A stretch of 64,000 bases of DNA from Minisyncoccota bacterium (lineage in GTDB: Bacteria > Patescibacteriota > Minisyncoccia > Phycocordibacterales > UBA9973), in the NCBI GenBank assembly GCA_035353995.1, contig DAOQAL010000001.1, positions 4,020-68,019 of the forward strand. Reading direction: 5' to 3'. Below are positions 49,393 to 59,205 of the stretch, one piece after another. How positions within the stretch are numbered: the first letter of the stretch is position 1; every line of letters starts with the position of its first letter. The notes under the pieces were generated by a model. That model had not been told where the DNA came from and ran no database searches. It worked only from the letters and a program-made list of their open reading frames with translations. The position numbers and the translations under genes were made by a program.

Positions 49393-49968
49393 TCATAAGA
49401 GAACGGCTTGTCTTTTTAATTTCCTCATCGTTACCTGAGCGCACATGAATTCGTCAGCATTGTAAGGGCTTAGCATACCATTTGATGAAATGGTAATGAA
49501 GTTGTCGGTTTCGGCAGCTCCAATCTCCGCCAGAGAATTGGTATTCCAAAACTCCATATCCTTATCCAACTCCAATAGAGCTGGCTTAAAGGCAAAGACT
49601 TCATAGCCTCCTTCATAGTTACTCCTAAACAGGATAGAAATTACAATAACATCAAAAACGGAACTGTCTCCTCTATTGTTCCGTTGTACATCCAATGAAA
49701 CAACAGCTTCAAAGACGCTGTCCGTGTGGAATTCATTTGTCAGAACGTTTACTTTCGAGATGTGCGAAGTGAAAACGTTGCCCATGCCATAACTGGTACT
49801 CCAAACTACTTCAACCGGAGCATTCACCAATTCAATAGTTGAAACTTTTTTTGTTTCGGGGACATTAAAACATTTCTGATACTGATCCGGAGTATATTTC
49901 TCGCAAGAGATCATAGTTATCCCAATTCCTAAAATCAGGATAATTGATAAGAGTTTTACCTGTTTCAT
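49393..49968 (-). CDS. Orphan lipoprotein-like protein
   Basis: Lipobox-like TMIS|CEKY; own TTGACA/TATAAT promoter (50058-50029); hairpin aagccgttc/gaacggctt over its stop. Confidence 0.72.
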   Translation of the reverse strand: MKQVKLLSIILILGIGITMISCEKYTPDQYQKCFNVPETKKVSTIELVNAPVEVVWSTSYGMGNVFTSHISKVNVLTNEFHTDSVFEAVVSLDVQRNNRGDSSVFDVIVISILFRSNYEGGYEVFAFKPALLELDKDMEFWNTNSLAEIGAAETDNFITISSNGMLSPYNADEFMCAQVTMRKLKRQAVLL

Positions 49969-50132
49969 CTTTGCAATTTTTTGGATTGTTAGAAATATGT
50001 TTTATTGGCTTTATGAAGAACTCTTATTATTATAGCATAATAATAATTAGATTGTCAATATCTTGCATATTTATCTTAAAAAGATAAAATTAATAGGTAA
50101 AATTTTATCAGTTTTAATTTCCTTAAACATAA

Positions 50133-50732
50133 ATGTTAATACCAACAGTTATTGAAAAGTCACAATTTGGAGAAAGAGCTTATGATATTTATTCAAGACT
50201 TTTAAAAGAGAGGATAATTTTTCTTGCAGGACCAATTGATGACAACACTGCAAATATAATTATTGCTCAACTTCTTTTTCTTGAATCAGAAGATCCAAAG
50301 AAGGATATAAGTTTTTATATTAATTCTCCTGGCGGATCTGTTACGAGCACAATGGCAATAGTAGACACAATGAATCATATCAGACCAGATGTTTCTACTT
50401 TTTGTGTTGGACTTGCAGCATCGGGTGCAGCGATTATTTTATCGTCTGGGAAAAAAGGGAAAAGATTTATTTTGCCAAATGCTGAAGTTATGATTCATCA
50501 ACCATTGGGTGGAGTAGAAGGACAAGCTACAGATATTGCAATTACAGCAAAACATATTTTGAAAACTAAAGACATATTAAATAAATTGCTTGCAAAAAAT
50601 ACTGGAAAGCCAGTAGCTCAAGTAGAAAAAGATGTAGAACGAGATTTCTTTATGGATGCTGAGGAAGCTAAAAAATATGGAATAATAGATGAAATCGTTT
50701 TAAAATCAAAAAAAGCAGAAAATAAAAACTAG
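50133..50732 (+). CDS. clpP: ATP-dependent Clp protease proteolytic subunit
   Basis: DIYSRLL.ERIIFL, YINSPGG, GLAAS, MIHQP, ERD. Confidence 0.98.
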   Translation: MLIPTVIEKSQFGERAYDIYSRLLKERIIFLAGPIDDNTANIIIAQLLFLESEDPKKDISFYINSPGGSVTSTMAIVDTMNHIRPDVSTFCVGLAASGAAIILSSGKKGKRFILPNAEVMIHQPLGGVEGQATDIAITAKHILKTKDILNKLLAKNTGKPVAQVEKDVERDFFMDAEEAKKYGIIDEIVLKSKKAENKN

Positions 50733-50750
50733 TTTTCATACAAAATAGGT

Positions 50751-50781
50751 AAAAACAATGTATAAAAATACATTGTTTTTA
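50751..50781 (+). terminator. Terminator after clpP
   Basis: aaaaacaatgta-taaaaa-tacattgttttt. Confidence 0.7.
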
Positions 50782-50993
50782 TTTTATGAACGTAAATTTC
50801 GAAATATGGACAAAAAATATAATATTTGTTATATTAAATACGTTAGATTTTAAAAATTTATTTAAACTTGGTTTATAAGAATATTCCATATATGAGAAGT
50901 TTTTCAAAGGGAAATTTTCAAATCTTTATTTACGAGAAAAAGAAAATAGAACCATAATATAGTGGTTTGTTTTTGTAAGCCAAAAACAGGCTT

Positions 50994-52526
50994 ATGAGTA
51001 TAACATTAACGGCAGTGCTTATTGGAGCTATAGCGCTCCTTTTGGGCGTTCTGATAGGTTACTATTTGAGATTGGTTATTGCTTTAGGAAAAAGAAGATC
51101 AATTGAAATTGATATAAAACAAATGATGGTTGGTGCAAAGGAAGAAGCACAAAGAATAGTCGATGAAGCAAAAAACAAATCAGAGAGTAGGCTTGCAGAA
51201 TTAAAAGAAGAAGAGAAAAAGAAAGAATTAGAATTCAAAGATACTGAAAAAAGACTCATTAAAAAAGACGAGCTTTTAGATGCACGACAGGCTGAAATGA
51301 ATAAAGAAGCAGAGACAATAAAAACTAAGGTTGAAGAAGTAAAAAAAGTTCAAGAAAGAGTCCTAAAAGTTGAAGAAGAAAAGAGAGAAGAACTTGAGAG
51401 AGTTTCAAAATTATCTGAAGATGAAGCAAAAGGAGAACTTTTGAGAGATATAGAAAAAAAATACGAAGAAGATTTTTTGGTAAAAATACAAAAGTTAGAG
51501 AACAATAACGAAGAAAAATTAGAAGAAAGAGCTAAAGAAATTTTAGCTACTTCAATTCAACGCTTAGCAGTAAGTACAGCATCCGATTTGATGACAACAA
51601 CTGTTGCAATACCAAATAATGAAATAAAAGGAAAAATAATCGGAAAAGAAGGACGAAATATAAGAGCTTTCGAAAGAGTAGCTGGTGTAGAACTTATTGT
51701 TGATGATACGCCAGGATCAATTGTTATATCTTCTTTTGACCCTGTTAGGAGACAAGTAGCACGTGTTGCTCTTGAGAATTTAATTCTAGATGGACGTATT
51801 CAACCAGCAAAGATTGAAGAATTAGTAGAAAAAGCTAAAGAAGAAATAAATAAAATAATAAAAGAAAAAGGAGAACAAGCAGTTTATGAATGTGGAATAT
51901 TTAATTTTGATCCAAGAATCGTTGCTATTATAGGAAGATTATATTTCCGTACGAGTTATGGACAGAATGTTTTGCAACATTCAATTGAAATGGCTCATAT
52001 AGCAGGTATGTTAGCAGAAGAACTTGGCGCAGATGTTGCTATAGCAAAAGCCGGAGCTCTTGTACATGATATAGGAAAAGCTTTAGACCATGAAGTTCAA
52101 GGAACACATATTGATATAGGAATGAGAATTTTACAAAAATTCGGAGCAGATGAAAGAATAATAACAGCAATGAAATCTCATCACGAAGATTATCCTTATG
52201 AATCTATAGAATCAATAATAGTTCAAACTGCTGATGCTATATCTGGAGGAAGACCTGGAGCACGTAGAGATTCAGTAGAAAATTATTTAAAACGTTTGCA
52301 AGAATTGGAAGCACTTGTAAATGCATTTCCTGCTGTTGAAAAATCATACGCTCTTCAAGCAGGACGTGAAATTCGAATATTTGTTACACCAGAAAAAATA
52401 TCAGACACTGAAGCAAAATTAATGGCTCGCGATATTGCTACAAAAATAGAACAAGAACTAAAATATCCTGGTGAAATAAAGGTTACTATGATTCGTGAAA
52501 CTAGAATAATAGAATATGCTAGATAA
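50994..52526 (+). CDS. rny: Ribonuclease Y
   Basis: N-terminal TM, coiled coil, KH (GKIIGKEGRNIR), HD (HDIGK), ADAISG.RPGARR. Confidence 0.98.
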   Translation: MSITLTAVLIGAIALLLGVLIGYYLRLVIALGKRRSIEIDIKQMMVGAKEEAQRIVDEAKNKSESRLAELKEEEKKKELEFKDTEKRLIKKDELLDARQAEMNKEAETIKTKVEEVKKVQERVLKVEEEKREELERVSKLSEDEAKGELLRDIEKKYEEDFLVKIQKLENNNEEKLEERAKEILATSIQRLAVSTASDLMTTTVAIPNNEIKGKIIGKEGRNIRAFERVAGVELIVDDTPGSIVISSFDPVRRQVARVALENLILDGRIQPAKIEELVEKAKEEINKIIKEKGEQAVYECGIFNFDPRIVAIIGRLYFRTSYGQNVLQHSIEMAHIAGMLAEELGADVAIAKAGALVHDIGKALDHEVQGTHIDIGMRILQKFGADERIITAMKSHHEDYPYESIESIIVQTADAISGGRPGARRDSVENYLKRLQELEALVNAFPAVEKSYALQAGREIRIFVTPEKISDTEAKLMARDIATKIEQELKYPGEIKVTMIRETRIIEYAR

Positions 52527-52669
52527 AAAAATACCTCTTGCCCTTAAAAAACCCTTAGTATATAATATATAAGTAGTAATTTTATAAGAAAAGACCCACA
52601 TTCCTCCCGTATAACAATGGGAAAATGGTGTGGCAAGGTCGAAATATTATAAAGAAGACTTTAAATAAT

Positions 52670-52942
52670 ATGAATAAACAAGGATTAATAGAATGGGTAC
52701 ATGGTAAACTTGGTGGTACTAAAGTACAAGCTGAGGAAATCGTTGATGGATTGTTTGATACTATCATCGCAACAATGAAAAAAGGTGGTGAAGTTTCAGT
52801 TGCCGGATTTGGAATTTTCTCAGTAAAAGCTAGAGCTGCAAGAATGGCTCGCAATCCAAAAACTGGAGAGCAAGTTAAAGTAGCTGCTACTAAAGTTCCA
52901 AAATTCAGAGCTGCAAAAGCTTTGAAAGATGCTGTAAAATAA
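52670..52942 (+). CDS. hup: HU DNA-binding protein
   Basis: GFGIF.V..RAAR.ARNPKTGE...VPKFRA.K.LK. Confidence 0.97.
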   Translation: MNKQGLIEWVHGKLGGTKVQAEEIVDGLFDTIIATMKKGGEVSVAGFGIFSVKARAARMARNPKTGEQVKVAATKVPKFRAAKALKDAVK

Positions 52943-52973
52943 TCTTTTATCTCGAGATAAAAGAACGATAATC

Positions 52974-53001
52974 AAAAATCCCCTTTAAAGGGGATTTTTG
53001 T
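52974..53001. terminator. Bidirectional terminator between hup and lexA
   Basis: caaaaatcccct-ttaa-aggggatttttg. Confidence 0.85.
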
Positions 53002-53009
53002 TTTAATAT

Positions 53010-53573
53010 TTAGTATTTCCTAATTACTGCTTTCAGTTTTGCTAAAATATTTAAACTCCTAGATGGATAAATTGGTTTAAAATTTTTATTTGCCGGCTCT
53101 AGCCAAACTTTATTTCCACTTCTTCGAAAATATTTCATTGTAAACTCTCCGTCAACTTCAGCAATTACAATTTCTTTATCTTTCGCTTGATTTGTCTTCT
53201 CAACAAGAACCATATCCCCTTTTTCTATATGTGCATCAATCATTGAATCGCCATCTACTTCAAGCATATAAGTAAGAGATTTATTACTAATTAAAAAATT
53301 ATCTAAATTTATTGTATCTGATATTTCTTCAACATCAGAAGGTATACCAGCTTTTACTAATCCAAGTTTTGGAATTTCACCAAATGTTTCTGTTGGAATA
53401 AGTCTACCTAAATGATCTTTTGCAACTAATCCAGCTTCTGTTAGTTTATCAACAATTTTTGCAACTGCATTTTTAGATTTGAAATTAAAAAGTTTAAGCA
53501 TCTCAGAATATGTTGGCATTCTATTATTGCTTTCGTAAAAACTTTCCAATTTTGTTTGGTAAATATTTTTCAT
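53010..53573 (-). CDS. lexA: LexA-family repressor (wHTH plus S24 peptidase)
   Basis: N-terminal PTYSEM..LF..KS..AV HTH; VKAG.P cleavage site; GDSM Ser; TMK Lys. Confidence 0.85.
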   Translation of the reverse strand: MKNIYQTKLESFYESNNRMPTYSEMLKLFNFKSKNAVAKIVDKLTEAGLVAKDHLGRLIPTETFGEIPKLGLVKAGIPSDVEEISDTINLDNFLISNKSLTYMLEVDGDSMIDAHIEKGDMVLVEKTNQAKDKEIVIAEVDGEFTMKYFRRSGNKVWLEPANKNFKPIYPSRSLNILAKLKAVIRKY

Positions 53574-53587
53574 TCTTTAATAAAAAT

Positions 53588-53794
53588 TTAAAAAGAAGAA
53601 AATATGGGAAAAAATTTCCAAGTTAAACTCTTAAAGAAATTTTGTCTTTTTAGATAACGCATTCTTCTTAACATTAACTTATGATCTCTGGCCTCTTTGT
53701 GATATTCTTCCCCTCTCATTATCTTAAGATCTATTTGTCTGTTAACTTTTTGAATTTCTTTTTCAAGCATTTTTAAATATTGTTTTTGTGACAT
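53588..53794 (-). CDS. Small basic hypothetical protein upstream of lexA
   Basis: 68-aa ORF, 14 nt from the lexA start. Confidence 0.65.
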   Translation of the reverse strand: MSQKQYLKMLEKEIQKVNRQIDLKIMRGEEYHKEARDHKLMLRRMRYLKRQNFFKSLTWKFFPIFSSF

Positions 53795-53831
53795 AAATGA
53801 TTTTTAATGAACGTAGTGAATATAAAAATCT

Positions 53832-54107
53832 TTACCCAGTTAAATAAGATTTGAGCCTATTCCTCAGAAACATTCGACCTAGATAGGTCTTGAGATATTT
53901 CTCGCGATGCATAGCATCACGCTTATCTCGACAGGCCTCAGAATAAACAAGTTCTAGCGGCCTGCGATCTTTTGTGGAAGGAACAAGCCCTTTCGAATGT
54001 TGCTCAAATCTTGATTTCAAATTGTTCGCATAACCAACATAGAAATTGTTATCTCGTCTAGAAACTAAAACATAGACGTAATAAAATTTTGTAAAATTTG
54101 AAATCAT
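53832..54107 (-). CDS. GIY-YIG nuclease family protein (stand-alone)
   Basis: YVYVL.S.....YVG....L..R..QH..G....TK..RP.ELVY.E.......A..RE.YLK. Confidence 0.93.
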   Translation of the reverse strand: MISNFTKFYYVYVLVSRRDNNFYVGYANNLKSRFEQHSKGLVPSTKDRRPLELVYSEACRDKRDAMHREKYLKTYLGRMFLRNRLKSYLTG

Positions 54108-54178
54108 TTAACCGGGTACTATTTCTATCTAAATATATACTCGCTTTGCTCGTTATATTAATAATATAAATAGTATAA

Positions 54179-54194
54179 GTGAACGAGCGTTCAC
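54179..54194. promoter_or_regulatory. SOS (LexA) box of GAAC-N4-GTTC type inside the promoter spacer
   Basis: GTGAAC-gagc-GTTCAC palindrome between minus-strand TTGACA (54201-54196) and TATACT (54177-54172). Confidence 0.75.
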
Positions 54195-54222
54195 CTGTCA
54201 ACTATATCCTGTGGATAACTAA

Positions 54223-55773
54223 TTATCCATTTACTTTTGGTCTATATTGTATGGCTTCGAGAATATGTTTTGCTTCTATCTCTGGAGAATTTTCTAAATC
54301 AGCAATAGTGCGAGCAATTTTTATAACTCTATGATAAGCACGAGCAGATAATGCTAATCGTTCAGCGCTGTCATCTAATAAGTCCCTAACCTCTTTTTTT
54401 AATTTTATTATGCTTGATAAATCTTTTACATTCATCTCACTATTTGTGCTTATATTCCTACCAAGTTTTTGAAAACGATTCCTCTGAATTTCTCTTGCTT
54501 GAGCAACTCTCTTTTTAATTGACTCGCTTTTCTCACCACTACCTTCTCCCCCAAGTTTTTTATAATCGATATTTCCAACTGAAACCCATAAATCAATTCT
54601 ATCCATAATAGGTCCTGATAATTTTCTTTTATATCTATCTAAATCTGAAGGTTTGCAAATGCAAGCTTTTTGTTTTGATCCCGCATTGCCACAGGGACAT
54701 GGGTTCATTGCAGCAATTAAAATAAAATTAGAAGGAAAAATTGCAGAACCTTTGGCTCGTGATATTGAAACAATATTATCTTCAAGCGGTTGACGCAAAG
54801 ATTCCAAAACTCTTTTTTCAAATTCTGGAAATTCATCCAAAAACAAAACTCCCCTGTGCGCTAATGTGACCTCGCCAGGTTTAGGAAAAACTCCACCACC
54901 AATTAAAGAAACGTAAGATGAAGTATGATGTGGTGAACGAAATGGTGGAGTAGAAACCAACTCCCCTCTTGTCGTTCCAGCAACAGAATGTATGCCAGTT
55001 ATTTCAAGAACTTCTTCAGAGTTCAAATCTGGCAAAAGACCAGAGAATGCACGAGCCAACATTGTTTTTCCAGTACCTGGAGGTCCATACATTGCAATAT
55101 TATGTCCACCAGCAGCTGCAATTTCGAGTCCACGCTTTGCTCCTTCTTGTCCTCTTACATCAGAAAAATCTGCACCTTTTCTTTCTTGTTGATATTTTAT
55201 TTCTGTTTTTGGTTGAACAACAATTGGTTTATTTTTAATTTCCGAATTATTTTTTGTTTCATTTATATGAGAAACTATTTCAGATAAATTTTCTACACCA
55301 AAAATTTTTATACCATCAACCAATGCTGCTTCAATTGCATTTTCTTTTGGTAAATAAATTTCTTCAAAACCACGAGCCTTTGCTTCTTGCACAAGCGGTA
55401 ATGCCCCACGAATTCTTCTTAATGTTCCATCTAATGCTAATTCTCCAAGAAAAATTCTTTTTTCAGGATTAAATTTTATATCTTCAGAAGCTATCATGTA
55501 AGAAAGTGCAATAGCTAAATCAAAAAATGGCCCTTCTTTTTTAAGATCGGCTGGTGAAAGAGAAACAATTATTTTTTGATTTTTTGCTTTTGGCGATTTG
55601 AATCCTGAATTCTTTATAGCTGAGCTAACTCTATCTTTTGATTCATCAACAGCTTTATCTGGCAAACCAACAACTGAAAAAGCATGAAGTCCTCGTGATA
55701 AATCCACTTCGACTGTTACGATAGTTCCGGTAAGCAGGTTTACTTGTGCTGAATAAACTCTTGCAAATGCCAT
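54223..55773 (-). CDS. comM: ComM/YifB Mg-chelatase-like AAA+ ATPase
   Basis: VGLPD.AV.ES..RV, GPPGTGKT, PFRSPHH, PGEVTLAHRGVLFLDE, MNPCPCG, SARAY.R. Confidence 0.95.
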   Translation of the reverse strand: MAFARVYSAQVNLLTGTIVTVEVDLSRGLHAFSVVGLPDKAVDESKDRVSSAIKNSGFKSPKAKNQKIIVSLSPADLKKEGPFFDLAIALSYMIASEDIKFNPEKRIFLGELALDGTLRRIRGALPLVQEAKARGFEEIYLPKENAIEAALVDGIKIFGVENLSEIVSHINETKNNSEIKNKPIVVQPKTEIKYQQERKGADFSDVRGQEGAKRGLEIAAAGGHNIAMYGPPGTGKTMLARAFSGLLPDLNSEEVLEITGIHSVAGTTRGELVSTPPFRSPHHTSSYVSLIGGGVFPKPGEVTLAHRGVLFLDEFPEFEKRVLESLRQPLEDNIVSISRAKGSAIFPSNFILIAAMNPCPCGNAGSKQKACICKPSDLDRYKRKLSGPIMDRIDLWVSVGNIDYKKLGGEGSGEKSESIKKRVAQAREIQRNRFQKLGRNISTNSEMNVKDLSSIIKLKKEVRDLLDDSAERLALSARAYHRVIKIARTIADLENSPEIEAKHILEAIQYRPKVNG

Positions 55774-55812
55774 AAACTTTAATACACCTCTTTTTTTAAA
55801 AAGGTATTATTA

Positions 55813-56175
55813 TTAATTGCTATTTATATGTTTTTTACAGGTTCTAGCGGAAGGATTTGCCTCTAATCTAGCAAGTTCAATATCTTTTTTGCAAATATCA
55901 CACTTACCAAAAGACTCTTTTCCGATTCCTTTTAGTGCTTTAAGAACGTTAGCAAGCTTTGTTTGTAAAACTTTTGTCATGGAGCTTTTTGCTTCAAAAT
56001 CTTCAAATCTATCAGCCATATCATTCTGATCTGTCTCAACATAGCCAATTTCTTCTGGCGTAGCTTCCCATTCATTTGTTTCTGGATTTAACTTTCCCAT
56101 ATCTTTTAATCCATCGACTAAAGAATCCCTCTCTTTTTCTAATTTTTCTTTTAATTTATTTTTATCTAATTGCAT
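55813..56175 (-). CDS. TraR/DksA zinc-finger family protein
   Basis: Coiled coil with D.ND.AD tip; FGKC..C...I...RL.ANP.A.TC..H. Confidence 0.88.
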   Translation of the reverse strand: MQLDKNKLKEKLEKERDSLVDGLKDMGKLNPETNEWEATPEEIGYVETDQNDMADRFEDFEAKSSMTKVLQTKLANVLKALKGIGKESFGKCDICKKDIELARLEANPSARTCKKHINSN

Positions 56176-56209
56176 GCCCGTATAATATCATTTTAATTTT
56201 TAAAAGCAA

Positions 56210-57061
56210 CTATTTTTTTACCTTACTTGAAGCAAGACGTAGAATCAATTCTTTAACAGTATTTTCGTTATTTGTTATTACCAATGAATCATTTTCAACA
56301 AATACATACATAAGCACTATATTACCTTCATTATCATATAGGACACGTGCATTTTTATTTTGAACAATACCATCTTCAAATTTTTTTTCTAATAGATATT
56401 TTGTATTTGCATTTAAATTGATACCGAAGAAACTATGTAAATCATAAAACATTTTGTCTTCCCAAGAATGCATAACATCAAAAACATCGGCAATAGAACG
56501 CATTTTAATAAGAAAGAATAAATTTTTTGCTTGATTATTTGATACACCCATTAAAAAATTATCTTTGATAAATTCAATTTTCCCTGAATCAAGATTAAAT
56601 TCAGAAAGTTTAAGAAAATCTCTAAAACCTAAAACTGCATTGTTTTTTGTTAAGTAAATTGCCTCTACTCCACCAGCCTTAAATTCTGACATATTAACTT
56701 CATTTGAAATAGTATTTATTATCTGTTCCCTATTTAACTCTGAAACTTCTTTAAATTCTGTTTTATCTGTAAAGATTATCGGCACATATTGTGGCGTAAC
56801 TTCAACAGTAAAAATTTGTTTCTTAAAAAGAAATACTATAACGATTGCAATTACCGACAAAAATACTAATATTGTACCGACAATCATTAGTATTTTGTTT
56901 TTTTTATTTTCCGGAGAGAGTTCTTCTGCTTCTTCGTCACGATTTTCTTGTTCTTCAATAATTTGTTTTATAGATCCATTCTGGCTATCTCGAAGAGCCT
57001 TCGCCATATCATCAGCGAAGGTTTCTATTTCTATTTTTTTTATTTTATCTTCATTGTCCAT
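56210..57061 (-). CDS. Hypothetical single-TM protein
   Basis: Acidic N-terminus, one TM helix, soluble domain. Confidence 0.75.
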   Translation of the reverse strand: MDNEDKIKKIEIETFADDMAKALRDSQNGSIKQIIEEQENRDEEAEELSPENKKNKILMIVGTILVFLSVIAIVIVFLFKKQIFTVEVTPQYVPIIFTDKTEFKEVSELNREQIINTISNEVNMSEFKAGGVEAIYLTKNNAVLGFRDFLKLSEFNLDSGKIEFIKDNFLMGVSNNQAKNLFFLIKMRSIADVFDVMHSWEDKMFYDLHSFFGINLNANTKYLLEKKFEDGIVQNKNARVLYDNEGNIVLMYVFVENDSLVITNNENTVKELILRLASSKVKK

Positions 57062-57063
57062 TA

Positions 57064-59175
57064 TTAATTTTTCTTAAAAAAGTCCTTGTCTGCGGCTTTT
57101 ATAGAAAGACCAATTTTATCATTCTCAGAATCAACTTTTATTACTTTTACAGGCACGATCATTCCTTCTTTCATTATATCTCTAACTTGCTCAACTCGGA
57201 ATGGTGCAATTTCAGAAATGTGAACTAAGCCATCTGTAAAATCATTTAATCTAACGAATGCTCCAAACTCTGCAATCCTAACAACTTCTCCTTTTAGAAT
57301 TTCTCCAACTTTAAATTCATGAGTCATTTCTTCAACAATTTTTTTGGCTTTTTCTGCTGAATCTCCTTTCCCTGTAAAGTATACTGTTCCATCATCTTCA
57401 ATTGTTATTTCAGCTCCAGATTTTTCTTTAATTTCTTTAATTGTTTTTCCACCTGAACCAATAACTAAACCAATTTTGTCTGGATTAATTTTTGTTGTTA
57501 GAATTTTTGGTGCATTAGGAGAAATTTCTGCACGTGGTTTTGAAATTTCTTTTTCTATTGTATCCAAAATAGATAATCTTGCTTTTTTAGATTGAATCAT
57601 TGCTTCTCCTAATATTTTTACTGGCACTCCTTCAACTTTTACATCAAGCTGAATTGCAGTTATACCTTCCCTAGTTCCAGCAACTTTAAAATCCATATCA
57701 CCATGATGATCTTCTGGTCCTTGTATGTCCGTTAAAACCTTATATTTATTATCATTTTCGTACATCAAGCCCATAGCAATTCCAGCGACAGGAGCTTTTA
57801 TTGGTACTCCTCCATCCATAAGTGCTAATGTTGAAGCACAAATAGAAGCCTGAGAAGTAGAACCATTTGATGCCATAGATTCAGAAACGATTCTAATCGT
57901 ATATGGAAATTCATCCACTTCTGGCAATATCATTGCAATTGCTTTTTCTGCTAATGCGCCATGTCCAATTTCTCTACGATTTGTGCTTCCCATTCTTCCA
58001 ACTTCTCCAGCTGAATATGGTGGAAAATTATAGTGATGCATAAATCTTTTTTCTGTTTTTGTTTCCATGCTATCTATTAAATTTTTATCTTCAGGACCAC
58101 CAAGAGTTAGTACAGAAAGAACGTGCGTTCCACCTCTATAGAAAATTCCTGAACCATGCAAAATACTAGAAATACCTCCAGCTTGTGCATACAATTCACG
58201 AAGTCCATCCATTGCTCTTCCATCTGGACGTTTATTTTCATTAATTGCTTTTTCATGAATCATTCTATTCTCTGTGCTATCAAATAAATCATCTTCTGTA
58301 GAAAAATCTTCTCTGTCTGGATAAGTGTCTTCTACTAATTTATTCCAAATATTATGCAACTCATCAATTTTCTTTTTTCCTGGACCTGAAAAAATAGCTT
58401 CTTCCATTTTTGGCAAAATATTTTCATTAAAAAGCTTTACTGATTCTGGTACGATTTCTGCCTTTTCGATAACTCTTTTTTCTTTTCCAATTTCTTTTGC
58501 AATATTTTTTTGGAAATTTTCTAATTTAGCTATCTCTTCTGTTGCAAATAGTAATGCTTTTTCTATTTCATCTTCTTTTGTCTGATGAGCAGATGCTTCA
58601 ATCATATTTATATTTCCATCTTTTCCACAAACAGTAAGATCAAATTTATATTTATTATCTTCTTCTCGTAAGCTTTGAGGAGGATTAATAACTAAATTAT
58701 CACTATCGTATTTACCAACACGAACACATCCTACAGGACCTGCCCATGGAATATTTGAAACTAAAAGCGCAAGAGATGCTGCATTAACTGCAAGTATTGT
58801 AGGATCATTATCATCAACAGACAAAACTGTTACTATTATTTGTACTGCATGACGCATTGATTGATCAAAAAGAGGTCTTAATGTTCTATCGATTACGCGA
58901 CTTGCTAAAATAGCGTCTTCTGATGGCCTGCCTTCTCTACGAGTAAATCTTGAACCTAAAATTTTTCCTGCTGCGTAAAACTTTTCAGCATAATCAACGG
59001 TTAGGTTGAAAAAACCAAGGCCTTGTTGCTTATCATGAGACATACATGCTGTTGCAAGCACTATTGTCTCGCCATATTTAAGCATCACAGATCCGTGTGC
59101 TTGTTCTGTTAAATTAGAGAAAACAGCAGTTAGCGTTTTCCCTCCAATTTCTACACTATATTCTTTCTTTTCCAT
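57064..59175 (-). CDS. pnp: Polyribonucleotide nucleotidyltransferase (PNPase)
   Basis: RREGRP, RREIGHG, SNGS, GDMDFKVAG, KH and S1 domains. Confidence 0.98.
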   Translation of the reverse strand: MEKKEYSVEIGGKTLTAVFSNLTEQAHGSVMLKYGETIVLATACMSHDKQQGLGFFNLTVDYAEKFYAAGKILGSRFTRREGRPSEDAILASRVIDRTLRPLFDQSMRHAVQIIVTVLSVDDNDPTILAVNAASLALLVSNIPWAGPVGCVRVGKYDSDNLVINPPQSLREEDNKYKFDLTVCGKDGNINMIEASAHQTKEDEIEKALLFATEEIAKLENFQKNIAKEIGKEKRVIEKAEIVPESVKLFNENILPKMEEAIFSGPGKKKIDELHNIWNKLVEDTYPDREDFSTEDDLFDSTENRMIHEKAINENKRPDGRAMDGLRELYAQAGGISSILHGSGIFYRGGTHVLSVLTLGGPEDKNLIDSMETKTEKRFMHHYNFPPYSAGEVGRMGSTNRREIGHGALAEKAIAMILPEVDEFPYTIRIVSESMASNGSTSQASICASTLALMDGGVPIKAPVAGIAMGLMYENDNKYKVLTDIQGPEDHHGDMDFKVAGTREGITAIQLDVKVEGVPVKILGEAMIQSKKARLSILDTIEKEISKPRAEISPNAPKILTTKINPDKIGLVIGSGGKTIKEIKEKSGAEITIEDDGTVYFTGKGDSAEKAKKIVEEMTHEFKVGEILKGEVVRIAEFGAFVRLNDFTDGLVHISEIAPFRVEQVRDIMKEGMIVPVKVIKVDSENDKIGLSIKAADKDFFKKN

Positions 59176-59205
59176 ATTTTTTTACCCACCCACAAGGCGA
59201 GTTTC

